Part shown: positions 12,086 through 22,641 of the stretch, piece by piece
How the letters are laid out: each line of letters opens with the position of its first letter
Position numbering within the stretch: position 1 is the stretch's first letter
Source: Myxococcota bacterium
GTDB lineage: Bacteria; Myxococcota_A; UBA9160; UBA4427
NCBI GenBank assembly: GCA_050618075.1
Contig: JBNLVL010000013.1
Location: 2,963-66,962, forward strand
Reading direction: 5' to 3'
DNA length: 64,000 nucleotides
Notes under the pieces: generated by a model
What the model saw: only the letters and a program-made list of their open reading frames with translations
Told to the model about the DNA's origin: nothing
Databases searched by the model: none
Position numbers and translations under genes: made by a program

Positions 12086-13438
12086 CTAGGCAGGCCAGCC
12101 GGGGATGCGCCCGGTGTGGTGTCGGTTCTGGCGGAACTCCTCCGAGGCGAGGATCGCCCGGTGGAGCGGGGCCGTGGTGGGGACGCCCACGCACTCGAGG
12201 GCGTCGAGGGCCGCCTGCATGCGGTCGCAGGCCTCGTCGCGGTCCTCGCCCCAGGCCACGATCTTGCAGAGCAGGCTGTCGTAGAGGGGCGGAATCGACG
12301 TGCCGCTCTCGATGTGGGTGTCCACGCGCACGCGCCCGCCGTCGTCGGGCGGCGCGCGGAAGTGCGAGACCCGTCCCGGCGCCGGACGGAACCCGTCGTC
12401 GGGGTCCTCGGCGTTGATGCGACACTCGATGGCGTGACCGCGCAGGTCGATGTCCTCCTGGCGCAGGTCGATGGGCACGCCGGCGGCCACCTTCAGCTGC
12501 CACGCCACGAGATCGAGACCGCAGCGCATCTCGCTCACCGGATGCTCGACCTGGAGCCGGGCGTTCATCTCCATGAAGCGCAGGCGTCCGTCCGCGGGGT
12601 CGAGCAGGAACTCGAGGGTGCCGGCCCCGCGATAGCCGATGGCGGCCACGGCGCGCAGCGCCGCCTCGGCGACCCGGGCGCGCTCGTCCGGGTCGAGGCC
12701 GGGCGCCGGCGACTCCTCCACCAGCTTCTGGTGGTGGCGCTGGACGCTGCAGTCCCGCTCGCCCAGGTGAACCACCCGGCCGTGGTGGTCGGCGAGCACC
12801 TGGATCTCCACGTGGCGGCCGCCTTCGACGAGCTTCTCGAGGTAGAGGGCCGGGTCGCCGAACGCGGCGGCCGCCTCGGCCCGCGCGCTCTCCCAGGCCG
12901 GCTCGAGCTCGCCGGGCTCGCGCACGATGCGCAGCCCGCGCCCGCCGCCGCCGGCGTCGGACTTGAGCAGCACCGGGTAGCCCGCGTCGTCGGCCGCCCG
13001 CCTCGCCGCGTCGAGGTCGCAGAGCACCCCCTCGCTGCCCGCCAGCACGGGGAGTCCCGCCGCGGCCATCGCGCGCTTGGCCGCGAGCTTGCGCCCGAGC
13101 TCGATCATGACCCGCGGCGTCGGCCCCACGAAGGCGATGCCGAACTGGCGGCACAGGGCCGCCAGCAGCGGGCTCTCGGCCAGGAATCCCCAGCCCGGGT
13201 GCAGCGCGCTGCAGCGCGCCTGGCGCGCGGCCTGGACGACGCGCTCGGCGTCGAGGTAGCTGTGCTCCGCGGGCCCCGGCCCCAGGCAGACCGTCTCCCG
13301 CTCGCGGGCCCAGGGTGCGTCCAGATCGGCGGCGGAGAGGCCGAGCACGGGCACGACGCCGACGGCTTCGCAGCTGCGGGCGATTCGGACGGCGACCTCG
13401 CCGCGATTCGAGATGAAGAGGCGCCGAAAGCCCGCCAT
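12086..13438 (-). CDS. accC: biotin carboxylase
   Basis: [55 protein letters not shown]. Confidence 0.93.
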   Translation of the reverse strand: MAGFRRLFISNRGEVAVRIARSCEAVGVVPVLGLSAADLDAPWARERETVCLGPGPAEHSYLDAERVVQAARQARCSALHPGWGFLAESPLLAALCRQFGIAFVGPTPRVMIELGRKLAAKRAMAAAGLPVLAGSEGVLCDLDAARRAADDAGYPVLLKSDAGGGGRGLRIVREPGELEPAWESARAEAAAAFGDPALYLEKLVEGGRHVEIQVLADHHGRVVHLGERDCSVQRHHQKLVEESPAPGLDPDERARVAEAALRAVAAIGYRGAGTLEFLLDPADGRLRFMEMNARLQVEHPVSEMRCGLDLVAWQLKVAAGVPIDLRQEDIDLRGHAIECRINAEDPDDGFRPAPGRVSHFRAPPDDGGRVRVDTHIESGTSIPPLYDSLLCKIVAWGEDRDEACDRMQAALDALECVGVPTTAPLHRAILASEEFRQNRHHTGRIPGWPA

Positions 13439-13618
13439 CGCAGGCCACGGTACACCAGAAGCACCGCGACCGTCGCCGCTCCCCAAAGGGCAGGCGTGGC
13501 GGGCGGGGGTCGGCGACGCGACCCGGCGCGGCGGACTGGCACGTCTGCCCGGTGGTGTTAGGGTCCGCGGTCGCCGAGCCCAGCTGCCCGCTGGTGGACC
13601 CGAGGACTCCGAGAAGCC

Positions 13619-14692
13619 ATGTCCGAACCCGACATCTCCGGCGCCGCCGACGGCGCAGGCCCCTGGCATCCGCTGACGGTCGCCCGGGTCGTCGACGAGA
13701 CCGCCGACGCCCGCTCCATCGTCGTCGAGATTCCCGACCCGCTGCGCGAGGCCTTCGCCTACAAGGCCGGCCAGTTCCTGACCTTCCGCGTCGAGGTCGG
13801 GGGCGAGCGCCTGATCCGCTGCTACTCGCTGGCCAGCTCGCCGGACACCGACGGCGAGCACAAGGTGACGGTGAAGCGCATTCCCGACGGCCGGGTCTCG
13901 AACTGGATGAACGACGCGGTCCGCCCCGGCGACCGGCTCGAGGTGATGAAGCCGGCGGGCCTCTTCTGCCTGGAGGACCGCAGCGCCAACATCGTGCTCT
14001 TCGGCGCCGGGAGCGGCATCACGCCCTGCATCTCCATCGTGAAGACCGCCCTCGCGCGCACGAATCGCCGGGTCAAGCTCGTCTACGCCAATCGCGACTC
14101 CGACTCCATCATCTTCGCAGCGGAGCTGGCCGAGCTGGCCGCCCGCCACCCGGACCGGTTCGAGGTCATCCACCGGCTCGACTCCGAGCACGGCTTCCTC
14201 GACATGGACGGCACCCGCGACTACATCGGCGACGACCTGGGCGCCGACTTCTACATCTGCGGGCCGGGCCCCTTCATGGACGTCGTCGAGGGCACCATCC
14301 ACGCCCTGGGCATCGACCGGCACCAGATCTTCATCGAGCGCTTCGAGTCGCCGTCCCAGGCCGTGGACGACGCCCACGACCCCGCGCCCACCAACGTCAC
14401 CGCCGACGGCGAGCTGCCCGAGAAGGTGACGGTCCGGCTCGACGGCAAGAGCCACACCCTCGAGGTCGAGCAGGGCAAGACCATCCTCCAGATGGTGAAG
14501 GCCGCGGGGCTCGAGCCGCCGTTCGCCTGCGAGGAGGGGTACTGCGGCTGCTGCGTCGCCACCCTCAAGCACGGCACGGTGCACATGAAGACCAACGACT
14601 GCCTGGACGAGGGCGAGCTCGCCCGCCACCAGGTGCTCACCTGCCAGTCGCTCCCCACCTCGCGAGAGGTGGAGGTCGAATACCCCGACTGA
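13619..14692 (+). CDS. FAD/NAD-binding reductase with C-terminal 2Fe-2S ferredoxin (KshB/PaaE-like)
   Basis: [33 protein letters not shown]...LTC. Confidence 0.9.
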   Translation: MSEPDISGAADGAGPWHPLTVARVVDETADARSIVVEIPDPLREAFAYKAGQFLTFRVEVGGERLIRCYSLASSPDTDGEHKVTVKRIPDGRVSNWMNDAVRPGDRLEVMKPAGLFCLEDRSANIVLFGAGSGITPCISIVKTALARTNRRVKLVYANRDSDSIIFAAELAELAARHPDRFEVIHRLDSEHGFLDMDGTRDYIGDDLGADFYICGPGPFMDVVEGTIHALGIDRHQIFIERFESPSQAVDDAHDPAPTNVTADGELPEKVTVRLDGKSHTLEVEQGKTILQMVKAAGLEPPFACEEGYCGCCVATLKHGTVHMKTNDCLDEGELARHQVLTCQSLPTSREVEVEYPD

Positions 14693-14968
14693 GAGGCCGA
14701 CCGGGCCCGCGAGCCGTCGGGCCCGGCGCGCCGAGCCACCTCCCGGGGCCGCCTCGCCGTCCGCCTCGTCTGCCCGTCTGCGCGTCTGACCGTCCGGGCG
14801 TCCGCACGTCCGGGCGTCCTTCCGCCCGTGCGAGCGGCCGACTGCCCGGGTGCCCGAGCCCCCGAGCGTCTGACGGCTCGTCAGCCGCCCGCCCCCGGCT
14901 CGACATCGCATCGTCATGAAACCGCAGCGGGACACGCGACGTCCCATGAAGTATCCCGGCGGAGGGGA

Positions 14969-15028
14969 ATCGAGCCGAGATTCGAGCCGACAATCGAGCC
15001 GACAATCGAGCCGACCATCGAGCCGACG
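14969..15028. repeat. 12-bp tandem repeat x5 (ATCGAGCCGACA)
   Basis: Five adjacent near-identical units ending at the GGAGG RBS of the next ORF. Confidence 0.9.
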
Positions 15029-15037
15029 GAGGACGAC

Positions 15038-15178
15038 ATGACCCTGAGCGATCTGTTCGAAGCCGTGCAGCGCGTGACCGACGACGACCGCGAGGCGGTC
15101 GCCCTGGTGACGCACCTGCTGTCGACCGGGCGCGTGAAGCGCTTCCTCGAAGAAGGCCTCGACACCTCCAGCCACTGA
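15038..15178 (+). CDS. 46-aa small hypothetical protein
   Basis: GGAGG RBS; MTLSDLFEAVQRVTDDDREAVALVTHLLSTGRVKRFLEEGLDTSSH; GC-rich third positions, amphipathic helices. Confidence 0.65.
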   Translation: MTLSDLFEAVQRVTDDDREAVALVTHLLSTGRVKRFLEEGLDTSSH

Positions 15179-15217
15179 TCCGCCGATCCCGTATCCTGTG
15201 GAATCTCGCCACGGAGT

Positions 15218-15273
15218 GACACGGCCGTGCCACTCGACACGGCCGCGCCACTCGACACGGCCGCGCCACTCGA
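15218..15273. repeat. 18-bp tandem repeat x3 (GACACGGCCGCGCCACTC)
   Basis: Three adjacent units, one mismatch. Confidence 0.85.
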
Positions 15274-15300
15274 AATTGGCGCCCCTGCAGGAGTCGGGCC

Positions 15301-16134
15301 TTGGGCGACTTCGAGATCGACACCCGGGTCGAGCCCGTCGATGAAGACGCCGGGCTCTACCGCGCCGAGCTCAGCTCCGACTGGGAGATCTGGGGACCCA
15401 ACGGCGGCTACATCGCGGCCATCGCCCTGCGGGCCGCGGGACGCGCCGCATCGATCCCCCGGCCCGCCTCCTTCAACGCCCACTTCCTGAGCGTGGCCCG
15501 CTTCGAGCCTGTCGAGCTCCGGGTGCGCGTGGTGCGGCGCGGCCGGCGCTCGGAGTCGCTGGCGGTGAGCCTCACCCAGCAGGGCAAGCCGGTTCTCGAG
15601 GCCCTCGTGCGCACCGCCTCCGCGGTGGCGGGTCTGGAGCACGACCGCGCCCGGATGCCCGACGTGCCCGAGCCCGAGTCGCTGGCGTCGGCCGACGAGC
15701 TCCGGGATCCGGAGTGGCCCATCTACGCCTTCTGGCAGAACCTCGACTCGCGTCCCCTCCACCCGGAGCGCTTCCGCGAGCCGCCCACGGCCCGCGACCC
15801 CGAGTTCCGGGAGTGGTACCGACTGCGCCCCCGCTCCACCTTCGACGATCCGTTCGTCGACGCCGGACGCGTGCTGATGCTGATCGACACCCTGTCCTGG
15901 CCGGCCGCCGTGCGACCCCATCCCGACTCCGCGTTCATCGCCCCCAACCTCGACGTGTCGGCCTGGTTCCACCGGCCCGCCCCCGAGTGCGAGTGGCTGC
16001 TGGCGGACCACCGCTGCGACCTCGCCGAATCGGGGCTGATGGGAACCCACGGCCGCGTCTGGAGCCGGGACGGACGCCTGCTCGCCACGGGCGGCGCCCA
16101 GCTCATGTGCGTCCCCGCCCCGCCGCGCGACTGA
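15301..16134 (+). CDS. acyl-CoA thioesterase family protein (TesB-like double hotdog)
   Basis: WGPNGGYIAA; C-terminal GRVWSRDGRLLATGGAQ; TTG start after GGAG. Confidence 0.85.
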   Translation: MGDFEIDTRVEPVDEDAGLYRAELSSDWEIWGPNGGYIAAIALRAAGRAASIPRPASFNAHFLSVARFEPVELRVRVVRRGRRSESLAVSLTQQGKPVLEALVRTASAVAGLEHDRARMPDVPEPESLASADELRDPEWPIYAFWQNLDSRPLHPERFREPPTARDPEFREWYRLRPRSTFDDPFVDAGRVLMLIDTLSWPAAVRPHPDSAFIAPNLDVSAWFHRPAPECEWLLADHRCDLAESGLMGTHGRVWSRDGRLLATGGAQLMCVPAPPRD

Positions 16135-16236
16135 CGCGCGCCGAGGCGTTCCCCTCCGACCGGACCCACTGCGGGGCCGCCGCGTCCGGGGCGCGCCCGG
16201 GCGCGGCGCCGACCCGGAGCGGCGTCCGGCGAGGCC

Positions 16237-17949
16237 TCAATCGTCGGGCGGCCCGACCCGCACCGGTCGATGGGCCCGGTCGACGCGGCCCCACATGTCG
16301 GTCGCGCGGATCTCGATCAGGTGGGTTCCCGGCGCCAGGTCGCGGGGAAGGCGCCCGACCCACAGGTGGCGGGTGCTCCGGCTCTCCTGCAGCGCCAGCG
16401 CCCCGGGCGTCCGCTCCCTGGCGCGCGCGGCCTCGTACAGCGGGTCGGTCCCGGTCCGGCGCCGCAGGGCCTGCCACTCGCCCGCGGAGCCGACCCGCAT
16501 CTCCACCCGGCTGCGCTCGTTGCCGTTGAAGACATTCACCTCGACGAGCGCCGCCCGGCCCGGCTCCACCCGGTCGGGCGCGATCACGTTCATCTGGTAG
16601 GACGCGGGCCGGCGGCTCGCCTTGTAGCGGATGCGGTAGTCGGCTCCGTCGAACTCGATGAACGCGTAGCCGTTGGGCGACCCGTCGCGCATGGTGGCGT
16701 GGGGGATGCCCACTTCGTCGCGGACCCCGCGATAGCGGTTGCCCGAGGCGGCGCCCGCGGTGAAGTGGTGGTGCTCGCCGCCGCCCTCCGGCGCGTAGCC
16801 GTGGTCGGCGCCGAAGAAGCGATGGCGGATGCTGTGGGTGTGCCCCGAGATCGAGAGGCTCCGGGGATGCGCGGAGAGCAGCTCGAAGACGGCGCGGTTG
16901 GGAGTGGGGGCGCCTCCGGACTGGGAGTCCAGCGGGATGTGCATGGCCAGCACGAGCAGGTCGTCCTGGGGCAGGGTGGCCAGCAGGTTCTCGAGGAAGC
17001 GCAGCTGGTCGGGCCGCAGACCGCCCACGTAGTGGCCGCGGCCCATCCAGTCCGCGGGCGCCGCGCCGCCCCACACGACGTCGTCGAGGACCGCGAAGTG
17101 GACCCGCCCCACCTGGAAGGCATAGGTGGACGGGCCGTACACCCGCTCGTAGGTCTCGAGGGAGAGCGCGTCGTCGGGCGCCCGCGCGTTCACGTCGTGG
17201 TTGCCGGGCACCGGGTAGATCGGAGGGCCGATCAGCCCGTTCAGCTCGTTGAGCGGCTCGAACAGCGACAGGTCGTTGCCGACGAGATCGCCGAGCAGGA
17301 GCACGAGCTCCGCGTCCACACCCACGAGCTCGGCGACGGTGTCCCGTCCGTACCAGGCCAGGTGCGAGGCGTCGTAGGGCTGCGGGTCGCCGATGGCGAC
17401 GATGCGGAAGCGCTCGGGCTCCGGGTGCGGGGTGAGCGCGAAGTCGACGCTCTCCGGCAGCGGGCCCGTGGGCTCGCTGCCGGGGAACTCGAAGCCTTCG
17501 TCCGCCGAGCCGTTCGGGCGGTGGAGCCGGTAGAACTGCGGGAGGCCGTGGCGATCCAGCGGCGTCCGCCAGTCGCGGGGCTTGATGACGAAGACCGCCC
17601 CGTCCCCCTGGAGATCGATGGCGTAGCGGCCCTCGTCGTCGGTCCGCACGATGTCGACGCCGTTGGAGACCCGCACCCCGGAGAGGCCGGGCTCGCCCGC
17701 GCCCCGGACACCGTTCCCGTCGACGTCGTGGAATACCCGCCCGCGAGCCCGGACGACCGGCGCTGCGTCCCGGGAGGGCGCGACGAACAGACCGTCTTCG
17801 TCGAGGGTCGGCGGAGGCGGCGGCGCCCAGCCGAGGGAGGCGCAGCCGGGCGCGACGGCGAGGCACGCCCAGGCGAGGGCGAGGCGAGCCCGCCAGCGAC
17901 CCCGACGGGGGAAACGGAACGATCGGGACACGCTCGGGGTCACCTGCAC
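16237..17949 (-). CDS. calcineurin-like metallophosphoesterase, secreted/lipoprotein
   Basis: GDPQ, LGDLV, PGNHD, HIP, SGHTH motifs; GVRVSNG N-domain; putative lipobox APGC. Start uncertain. Confidence 0.88.
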   Translation of the reverse strand: MQVTPSVSRSFRFPRRGRWRARLALAWACLAVAPGCASLGWAPPPPPTLDEDGLFVAPSRDAAPVVRARGRVFHDVDGNGVRGAGEPGLSGVRVSNGVDIVRTDDEGRYAIDLQGDGAVFVIKPRDWRTPLDRHGLPQFYRLHRPNGSADEGFEFPGSEPTGPLPESVDFALTPHPEPERFRIVAIGDPQPYDASHLAWYGRDTVAELVGVDAELVLLLGDLVGNDLSLFEPLNELNGLIGPPIYPVPGNHDVNARAPDDALSLETYERVYGPSTYAFQVGRVHFAVLDDVVWGGAAPADWMGRGHYVGGLRPDQLRFLENLLATLPQDDLLVLAMHIPLDSQSGGAPTPNRAVFELLSAHPRSLSISGHTHSIRHRFFGADHGYAPEGGGEHHHFTAGAASGNRYRGVRDEVGIPHATMRDGSPNGYAFIEFDGADYRIRYKASRRPASYQMNVIAPDRVEPGRAALVEVNVFNGNERSRVEMRVGSAGEWQALRRRTGTDPLYEAARARERTPGALALQESRSTRHLWVGRLPRDLAPGTHLIEIRATDMWGRVDRAHRPVRVGPPDD

Positions 17950-18161
17950 GAGAGCCTCGGGTGGATGCGACCGCGAGGATGGCGCGGGCCCGGGTGCCTG
18001 TCACCCGCGTCGCGCCTCTAGCCCGCGGAGCACGCGGGGGACGCTCGCCGGGACGGCGGGGCCGGAGGCCGTTGCCCGCTGCGGGGCTCTCTGTCAGCCT
18101 GTGCGGCTTCGGAGCGAGGCCTCCGAAATCCGCTTCCGAAACCGGTCTGGGAGATGCGCCC

Positions 18162-19124
18162 ATGTCGCGAACGAGTGCAGCGTCGAACGAGCCGCCCGGA
18201 CGATCTCCGTCGGCGCGCCCGCGGACGACGCGAAGTTTCCTTCCGACCCGATCGAGCGGCGCGGCCGCCTGGCTCGCCGCCCTCGCGCTGGCCGCCCTCG
18301 CGCCCGGCGCGGCCCGCGCCGCCGAGGAGCCGAGCGACGGCGTCGATCTCATCGGGACCTGGTTCGTGGTGGCCCACTACCGCGACACCGCGACCGCCAA
18401 TCCGGAGGCCGACCGCTGGGAGGACCGGGTCTGGATCTTCGAGCGCAAGGGCTCCCGCCTGCAATGGACCGACTACCCCATCGTGGTGTTCGAGGACCCC
18501 ACGGGCCGCTTCGAGGCCCGGGGCGCCAACACCCGCGCGCGCACGCTCTCCGCCTGGGTGCCCAACGAGGCCCAGCGCGAGGAGATCGCCGAGGGACCCC
18601 GGGTGAACGGCCGCGGCAGCAAGGCCAAGAGCCTGCGCGGCAGCGACGACCGCGGCTACGCCTCCACCGGCGGCCTTCGCGCCCAGGGCGCCATGACCAT
18701 CGGCTACCACGAGAGCTGGAGCATCGACGCCCCCACCACCCTCCCGGTCTTCACCCGCGAAGACGTGATGGGCACCGGGCGCAGCCGCAGGGCGGGCGGC
18801 GCCGACCAGACCCTGGAAGGCGTGACGCGCTGGACGACCCGCAGCGTCGAGGCCGACGGCACCCTGCGCGGCGACTACCAGCGCGACGAGAACCGCAGGG
18901 GCGATTTCATCATGATGCGCGCCGGATCCGTGCGCGACCTCGAGTCCGACGGGCGCACGCCCAACGAGAAGGCCGCCGATCGGGCCCGGGAGCAGATCTC
19001 CGACGGGTTCGATGCCTACGTCGAGGAGCTGATGAAGCGCATCAAGGCCGGCGACGACGAGGCCCGCGAGGAGCTGCGACAGCTCCGCGAGGAGATGTCC
19101 AGGCGGCGCAATCGGGAGCGCTGA
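18162..19124 (+). CDS. secreted hypothetical protein
   Basis: ATG after GGGAG; hydrophobic signal ending ARA; beta-rich body and charged helical tail; coding-like codon bias. Confidence 0.7.
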   Translation: MSRTSAASNEPPGRSPSARPRTTRSFLPTRSSGAAAWLAALALAALAPGAARAAEEPSDGVDLIGTWFVVAHYRDTATANPEADRWEDRVWIFERKGSRLQWTDYPIVVFEDPTGRFEARGANTRARTLSAWVPNEAQREEIAEGPRVNGRGSKAKSLRGSDDRGYASTGGLRAQGAMTIGYHESWSIDAPTTLPVFTREDVMGTGRSRRAGGADQTLEGVTRWTTRSVEADGTLRGDYQRDENRRGDFIMMRAGSVRDLESDGRTPNEKAADRAREQISDGFDAYVEELMKRIKAGDDEAREELRQLREEMSRRRNRER

Positions 19125-19306
19125 GCCCCGACTGGGGCGCTTCGCGCCACCGGCAACTCGACCCGGAACCCGCCGCACGCCGGGGCGTTCGGCGGCTGCG
19201 CAGGCCGGGAGCCGGGCGCGTCCCCCGCCCGCCGCCGAGCCCTTCGCGGGTCCGGAGGGGTCTTCGCCGATCGAATCGGCCGCGCTCCTGATAGAGTGTT
19301 CGCGCG

Positions 19307-21187
19307 ATGGAAGCCCCTCAGGAAACCAAGGAAGGCTACGTCTCCGGGCGCATGCTCGACGACGTCCTCCGGGCGCTGGCTCGACGCCGGATCGACGTCC
19401 CCGGTCTGCTCGTGGGCCTGCCCGTCGACCGCGATGCCCTGCGCCGCGGCCACCCGCTCGTCGACTGGGATGTCTTCGTCGAGATCATGGCCCGACTCGA
19501 GTTCGAGGTGGGCGGACCGCGCGGCCTCCAGGACCTCGGCGAGCGCGTGGCGGAGCTGAAGCCCGCAGTGATCCTGCGGCGCCTGGCGGGCCTGTCGGCC
19601 AGCCCGGTCCTGCTCTACCGCGCGGCCGAGCGGTGGGCGCTGCGACGCGCGATCCCGCTGCTGGCCAACCGCATCGAGAAGGTCGACCGCAACCGCCTGC
19701 GCGTGGTCTGCTCCATCCCCGAGCCCCACCGGCCCTGCCCCCAGCTGCTGCACCTGGCGACCGGCGTCCTGCGCGCGGCCCCGCGCATCCTCGACCTCCC
19801 CGAGGCGGCGGTCTCCGCCGACGTCCAGCCGGCCCGGGCCGAGTACGCGGTCTTCCTGCCGGACTCGGGGACCCTGGGCGCCCGGGCGATCCGGGCCTTT
19901 CGCGCCCTGTTCTCCGCCCGCGCCGCCTTCGATCAGCTCGAAACCCAGCAGGGCGAGATCCAGCGTCACTTCCTCGAGCTGCGCGCGGCCTACGCCGTCC
20001 TCGAGGAGAGCGAGGCGCGGCACCGGGCGCTGACCGAGACGGCCGTCGACATCGTCTTCGAGCTCGACACCGAGGCCACCGTGACCTACGTGAGCCCGTC
20101 CACCGAGGAGCTCACCGGCTACCGCCCGGATCAGCTGATGGGCACCGACCTCGGGCGCTGGCTCCACCCCGACGACGTCGAGGCCGCCGAGCGCGAGTTC
20201 GAGCACACGCTGCTCTCCGGATCCGGGTCCCGGCCCATCTTCCGCGTGCGCCACCGGCGCGGCGGCTGGCTGTCCATGGAGATCGAGGGCCGCACCTACC
20301 GCGCCGCCGACGGGGAGCTGCGGCTGGTGGCCATCTGCCGGGACGTGAGCGAGCGCATCCGCCTGGAGGCGGAGCGCCAGCAGTACCAGCAGGAGCTCGA
20401 GGAGGAGGTCGAGCGGCGCACCGCGCAGCTCGAGCGGCGCAACCGGGAGCTTCGCGAGCTGCAGTCGCTGCTGCTCCACGCCGAACGGATGGGCGCCGCC
20501 CAGGACCTCGCCGGACGCATCGCGCATTCGATCCACAACCCGCTGGGCGCGCTCATCGGCCATCTCCAGCTGGCCCTGCGAGCCGGCGGCGGCGAGCGTT
20601 CGGACGAGGTCCTCGAGCGCGCCCTGGGGCTGGCGGTGCGGGTGAGCGACGTGGTGAAGCGCGTGCTCAACCTGTTCCGGGAGGGCAAGGCGGACCTGCG
20701 CAGCGAGGACAGCTCCGCGATCCTGGACGAGCTGACCCGCGAGCTCGAGGGCCGGGCGCTGCTGGGCGACGTCGAGGTCGAGGTCTGCAACCCCGAGAAG
20801 CCCACTCCGGTCCTCGCGGACCGGACCCTGCTGGTCTCGGCGCTCACGGCGCTGGCCCAGAACTCGCTCGAGAGCATGGAGCAGGGGGGGCACCTCCGAC
20901 TCTCGGCCGCTCCGGACGCGTCGCGCGATCGCGTGGTGTTCGAGGTGGAGGACGACGGGCCGGGCGTTCCCGCCGACGTCCGGGCCCACGTGTTCGACCC
21001 CTTCTTCACCACCAAGCGCACCGGCAGCGGACTCGGCCTGGCCATCGCCAAGGGCGTGGTCACGGGGCACGGAGGCGAGATCGAGCTGCTCCCCGGACAG
21101 CGGGACCGTGGAACCCTGGTCCGGGTCTCGATCCCCAACCAGGGTCCGCCCGCCGAACGCCCGCCGAGCGACTCCGACCGCCGCTGA
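19307..21187 (+). CDS. PAS-domain sensor histidine kinase
   Basis: PAS (YVSPS..LTGY..HPDD); H-box AHSIHNPL; DDGPGV, FDPFFTTK, GSGLGL. Confidence 0.92.
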   Translation: MEAPQETKEGYVSGRMLDDVLRALARRRIDVPGLLVGLPVDRDALRRGHPLVDWDVFVEIMARLEFEVGGPRGLQDLGERVAELKPAVILRRLAGLSASPVLLYRAAERWALRRAIPLLANRIEKVDRNRLRVVCSIPEPHRPCPQLLHLATGVLRAAPRILDLPEAAVSADVQPARAEYAVFLPDSGTLGARAIRAFRALFSARAAFDQLETQQGEIQRHFLELRAAYAVLEESEARHRALTETAVDIVFELDTEATVTYVSPSTEELTGYRPDQLMGTDLGRWLHPDDVEAAEREFEHTLLSGSGSRPIFRVRHRRGGWLSMEIEGRTYRAADGELRLVAICRDVSERIRLEAERQQYQQELEEEVERRTAQLERRNRELRELQSLLLHAERMGAAQDLAGRIAHSIHNPLGALIGHLQLALRAGGGERSDEVLERALGLAVRVSDVVKRVLNLFREGKADLRSEDSSAILDELTRELEGRALLGDVEVEVCNPEKPTPVLADRTLLVSALTALAQNSLESMEQGGHLRLSAAPDASRDRVVFEVEDDGPGVPADVRAHVFDPFFTTKRTGSGLGLAIAKGVVTGHGGEIELLPGQRDRGTLVRVSIPNQGPPAERPPSDSDRR

Positions 21188-21300
21188 CCGGGCTCGCGGC
21201 CTGGGCGGCCCCCCCCCTCGCGCCCCGCGTCGAGGGGCGGATTCCGCGTCGGAGTGCGTCGTGCTTGCGCGAGGCCGAGTGGTTCGGGCAACGTGGCCCC

Positions 21301-22641
21301 ATGCCGACCGCCAAGCGCGACCTGCCTTCGGGCGCCCGGGTCCCCGTTTCCGCCTCTGCGGGGCTCGCGGGCGTCGTGGGCGTCGTGGGCGTCTGGGCCC
21401 TGGCCCTCGCCGGGTGCGGCTCGCCCGAGCCGTCCACCGACGCGCCTCCCGATCCCCGGGCGCTGCACTTCGAGTCCGTCGTCATCGACACCCACTCGGA
21501 CACCACGCCGCGCTTCGAGGACCCGACCTGGGACTTCACCGCGCGGCACGACCCCGCGGACGGACACCAGGACGCCCCGCGCATGCGCGAGGGCGGCCTC
21601 GACGTGCAGTTCTGGTCGATCTACATGGGCGAGCGCGAGGGCGACGGCCGCGCCGTCCGCGAGGCCCTCGAACGCATCGACGCCGTGGAGCGGCTGGTCG
21701 ACGCGCATCCCGACGAGATGGTGCTGGCGCGCAGCGCGGCCGAGATCCGCGAGGGCGTCGCCGCGGGCAAGCTGGTCCACCTGATGGGCGTCGAGGGCGG
21801 CCACATCATCGAGGACAACCTGGCCGTGCTGCGCACCTACCACCGCCTGGGCGTGCGCTACATGACCCTGACCCACTCGTTCCACACGAGCTGGGCGGAC
21901 AGCTCGGGCACCCGCGAGCCGCCGCCGCCCGTGCACGGCGGACTCACGGAGTTCGGCGAGTCGGTCGTGCGGGAGATGAACCGGCTGGGCATGATGATCG
22001 ACGTCTCCCACGTCTCCGACGAGACCTTCGAGGACGTGCTGCGCGTGAGCGCGGCCCCGGTCATCGCCTCCCACTCGTCGTGCCGGGCCGTGGCGGATCA
22101 CGTGCGCAACCTGTCGGATTCCATGCTCGCGGACCTGGCCGCCCGGGGCGGGGCGGTCATGATCAACTTCTATCCCGCCTACATCGACGCCCGGGCCCGC
22201 GCGGCGACCCAGGCCTACTTCGCCCGACACGGGAGCCACCTGAAGGCGCTGCGCGAGGAGCTGGCCGACGATCCGCCGGCCTGGCGCGCCGCGCGCCGCG
22301 CCCACTACGCCGAGCACCCCGTGCCCAGCGCTCCGCTCGAATCCCTGCTCGCCCACTTCGACCACGCCCTGCGTGTGGCGGGCCCCGACCACGTGGGCCT
22401 CGGCGCCGACTGGGACGGGGTCCCGAGCATGCCCGAAGGCATGGAGGACGTGTCGCGGCTCCCCGACCTCACCCGGGCGCTCCTCGAGCGGGGGCATTCG
22501 CCCGAGACCGTGCGCAAGGTGCTGGGCGAGAACCTGCTGCGGGTGATGGCCGAGGTCGAAGCCGTCGCCGCGCGCCTGTCCACCCACGATTCCGCGGCGG
22601 TGTCCGCCGACCGGGACGACACCCGAGGAGATTCACGATGA
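21301..22641 (+). CDS. membrane dipeptidase (peptidase M19), lipoprotein
   Basis: IDTHSD, GVEGGH, IDVSH, ASHS, GLGADWDG, LGENLLRV; lipobox LAGC. Confidence 0.92.
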   Translation: MPTAKRDLPSGARVPVSASAGLAGVVGVVGVWALALAGCGSPEPSTDAPPDPRALHFESVVIDTHSDTTPRFEDPTWDFTARHDPADGHQDAPRMREGGLDVQFWSIYMGEREGDGRAVREALERIDAVERLVDAHPDEMVLARSAAEIREGVAAGKLVHLMGVEGGHIIEDNLAVLRTYHRLGVRYMTLTHSFHTSWADSSGTREPPPPVHGGLTEFGESVVREMNRLGMMIDVSHVSDETFEDVLRVSAAPVIASHSSCRAVADHVRNLSDSMLADLAARGGAVMINFYPAYIDARARAATQAYFARHGSHLKALREELADDPPAWRAARRAHYAEHPVPSAPLESLLAHFDHALRVAGPDHVGLGADWDGVPSMPEGMEDVSRLPDLTRALLERGHSPETVRKVLGENLLRVMAEVEAVAARLSTHDSAAVSADRDDTRGDSR

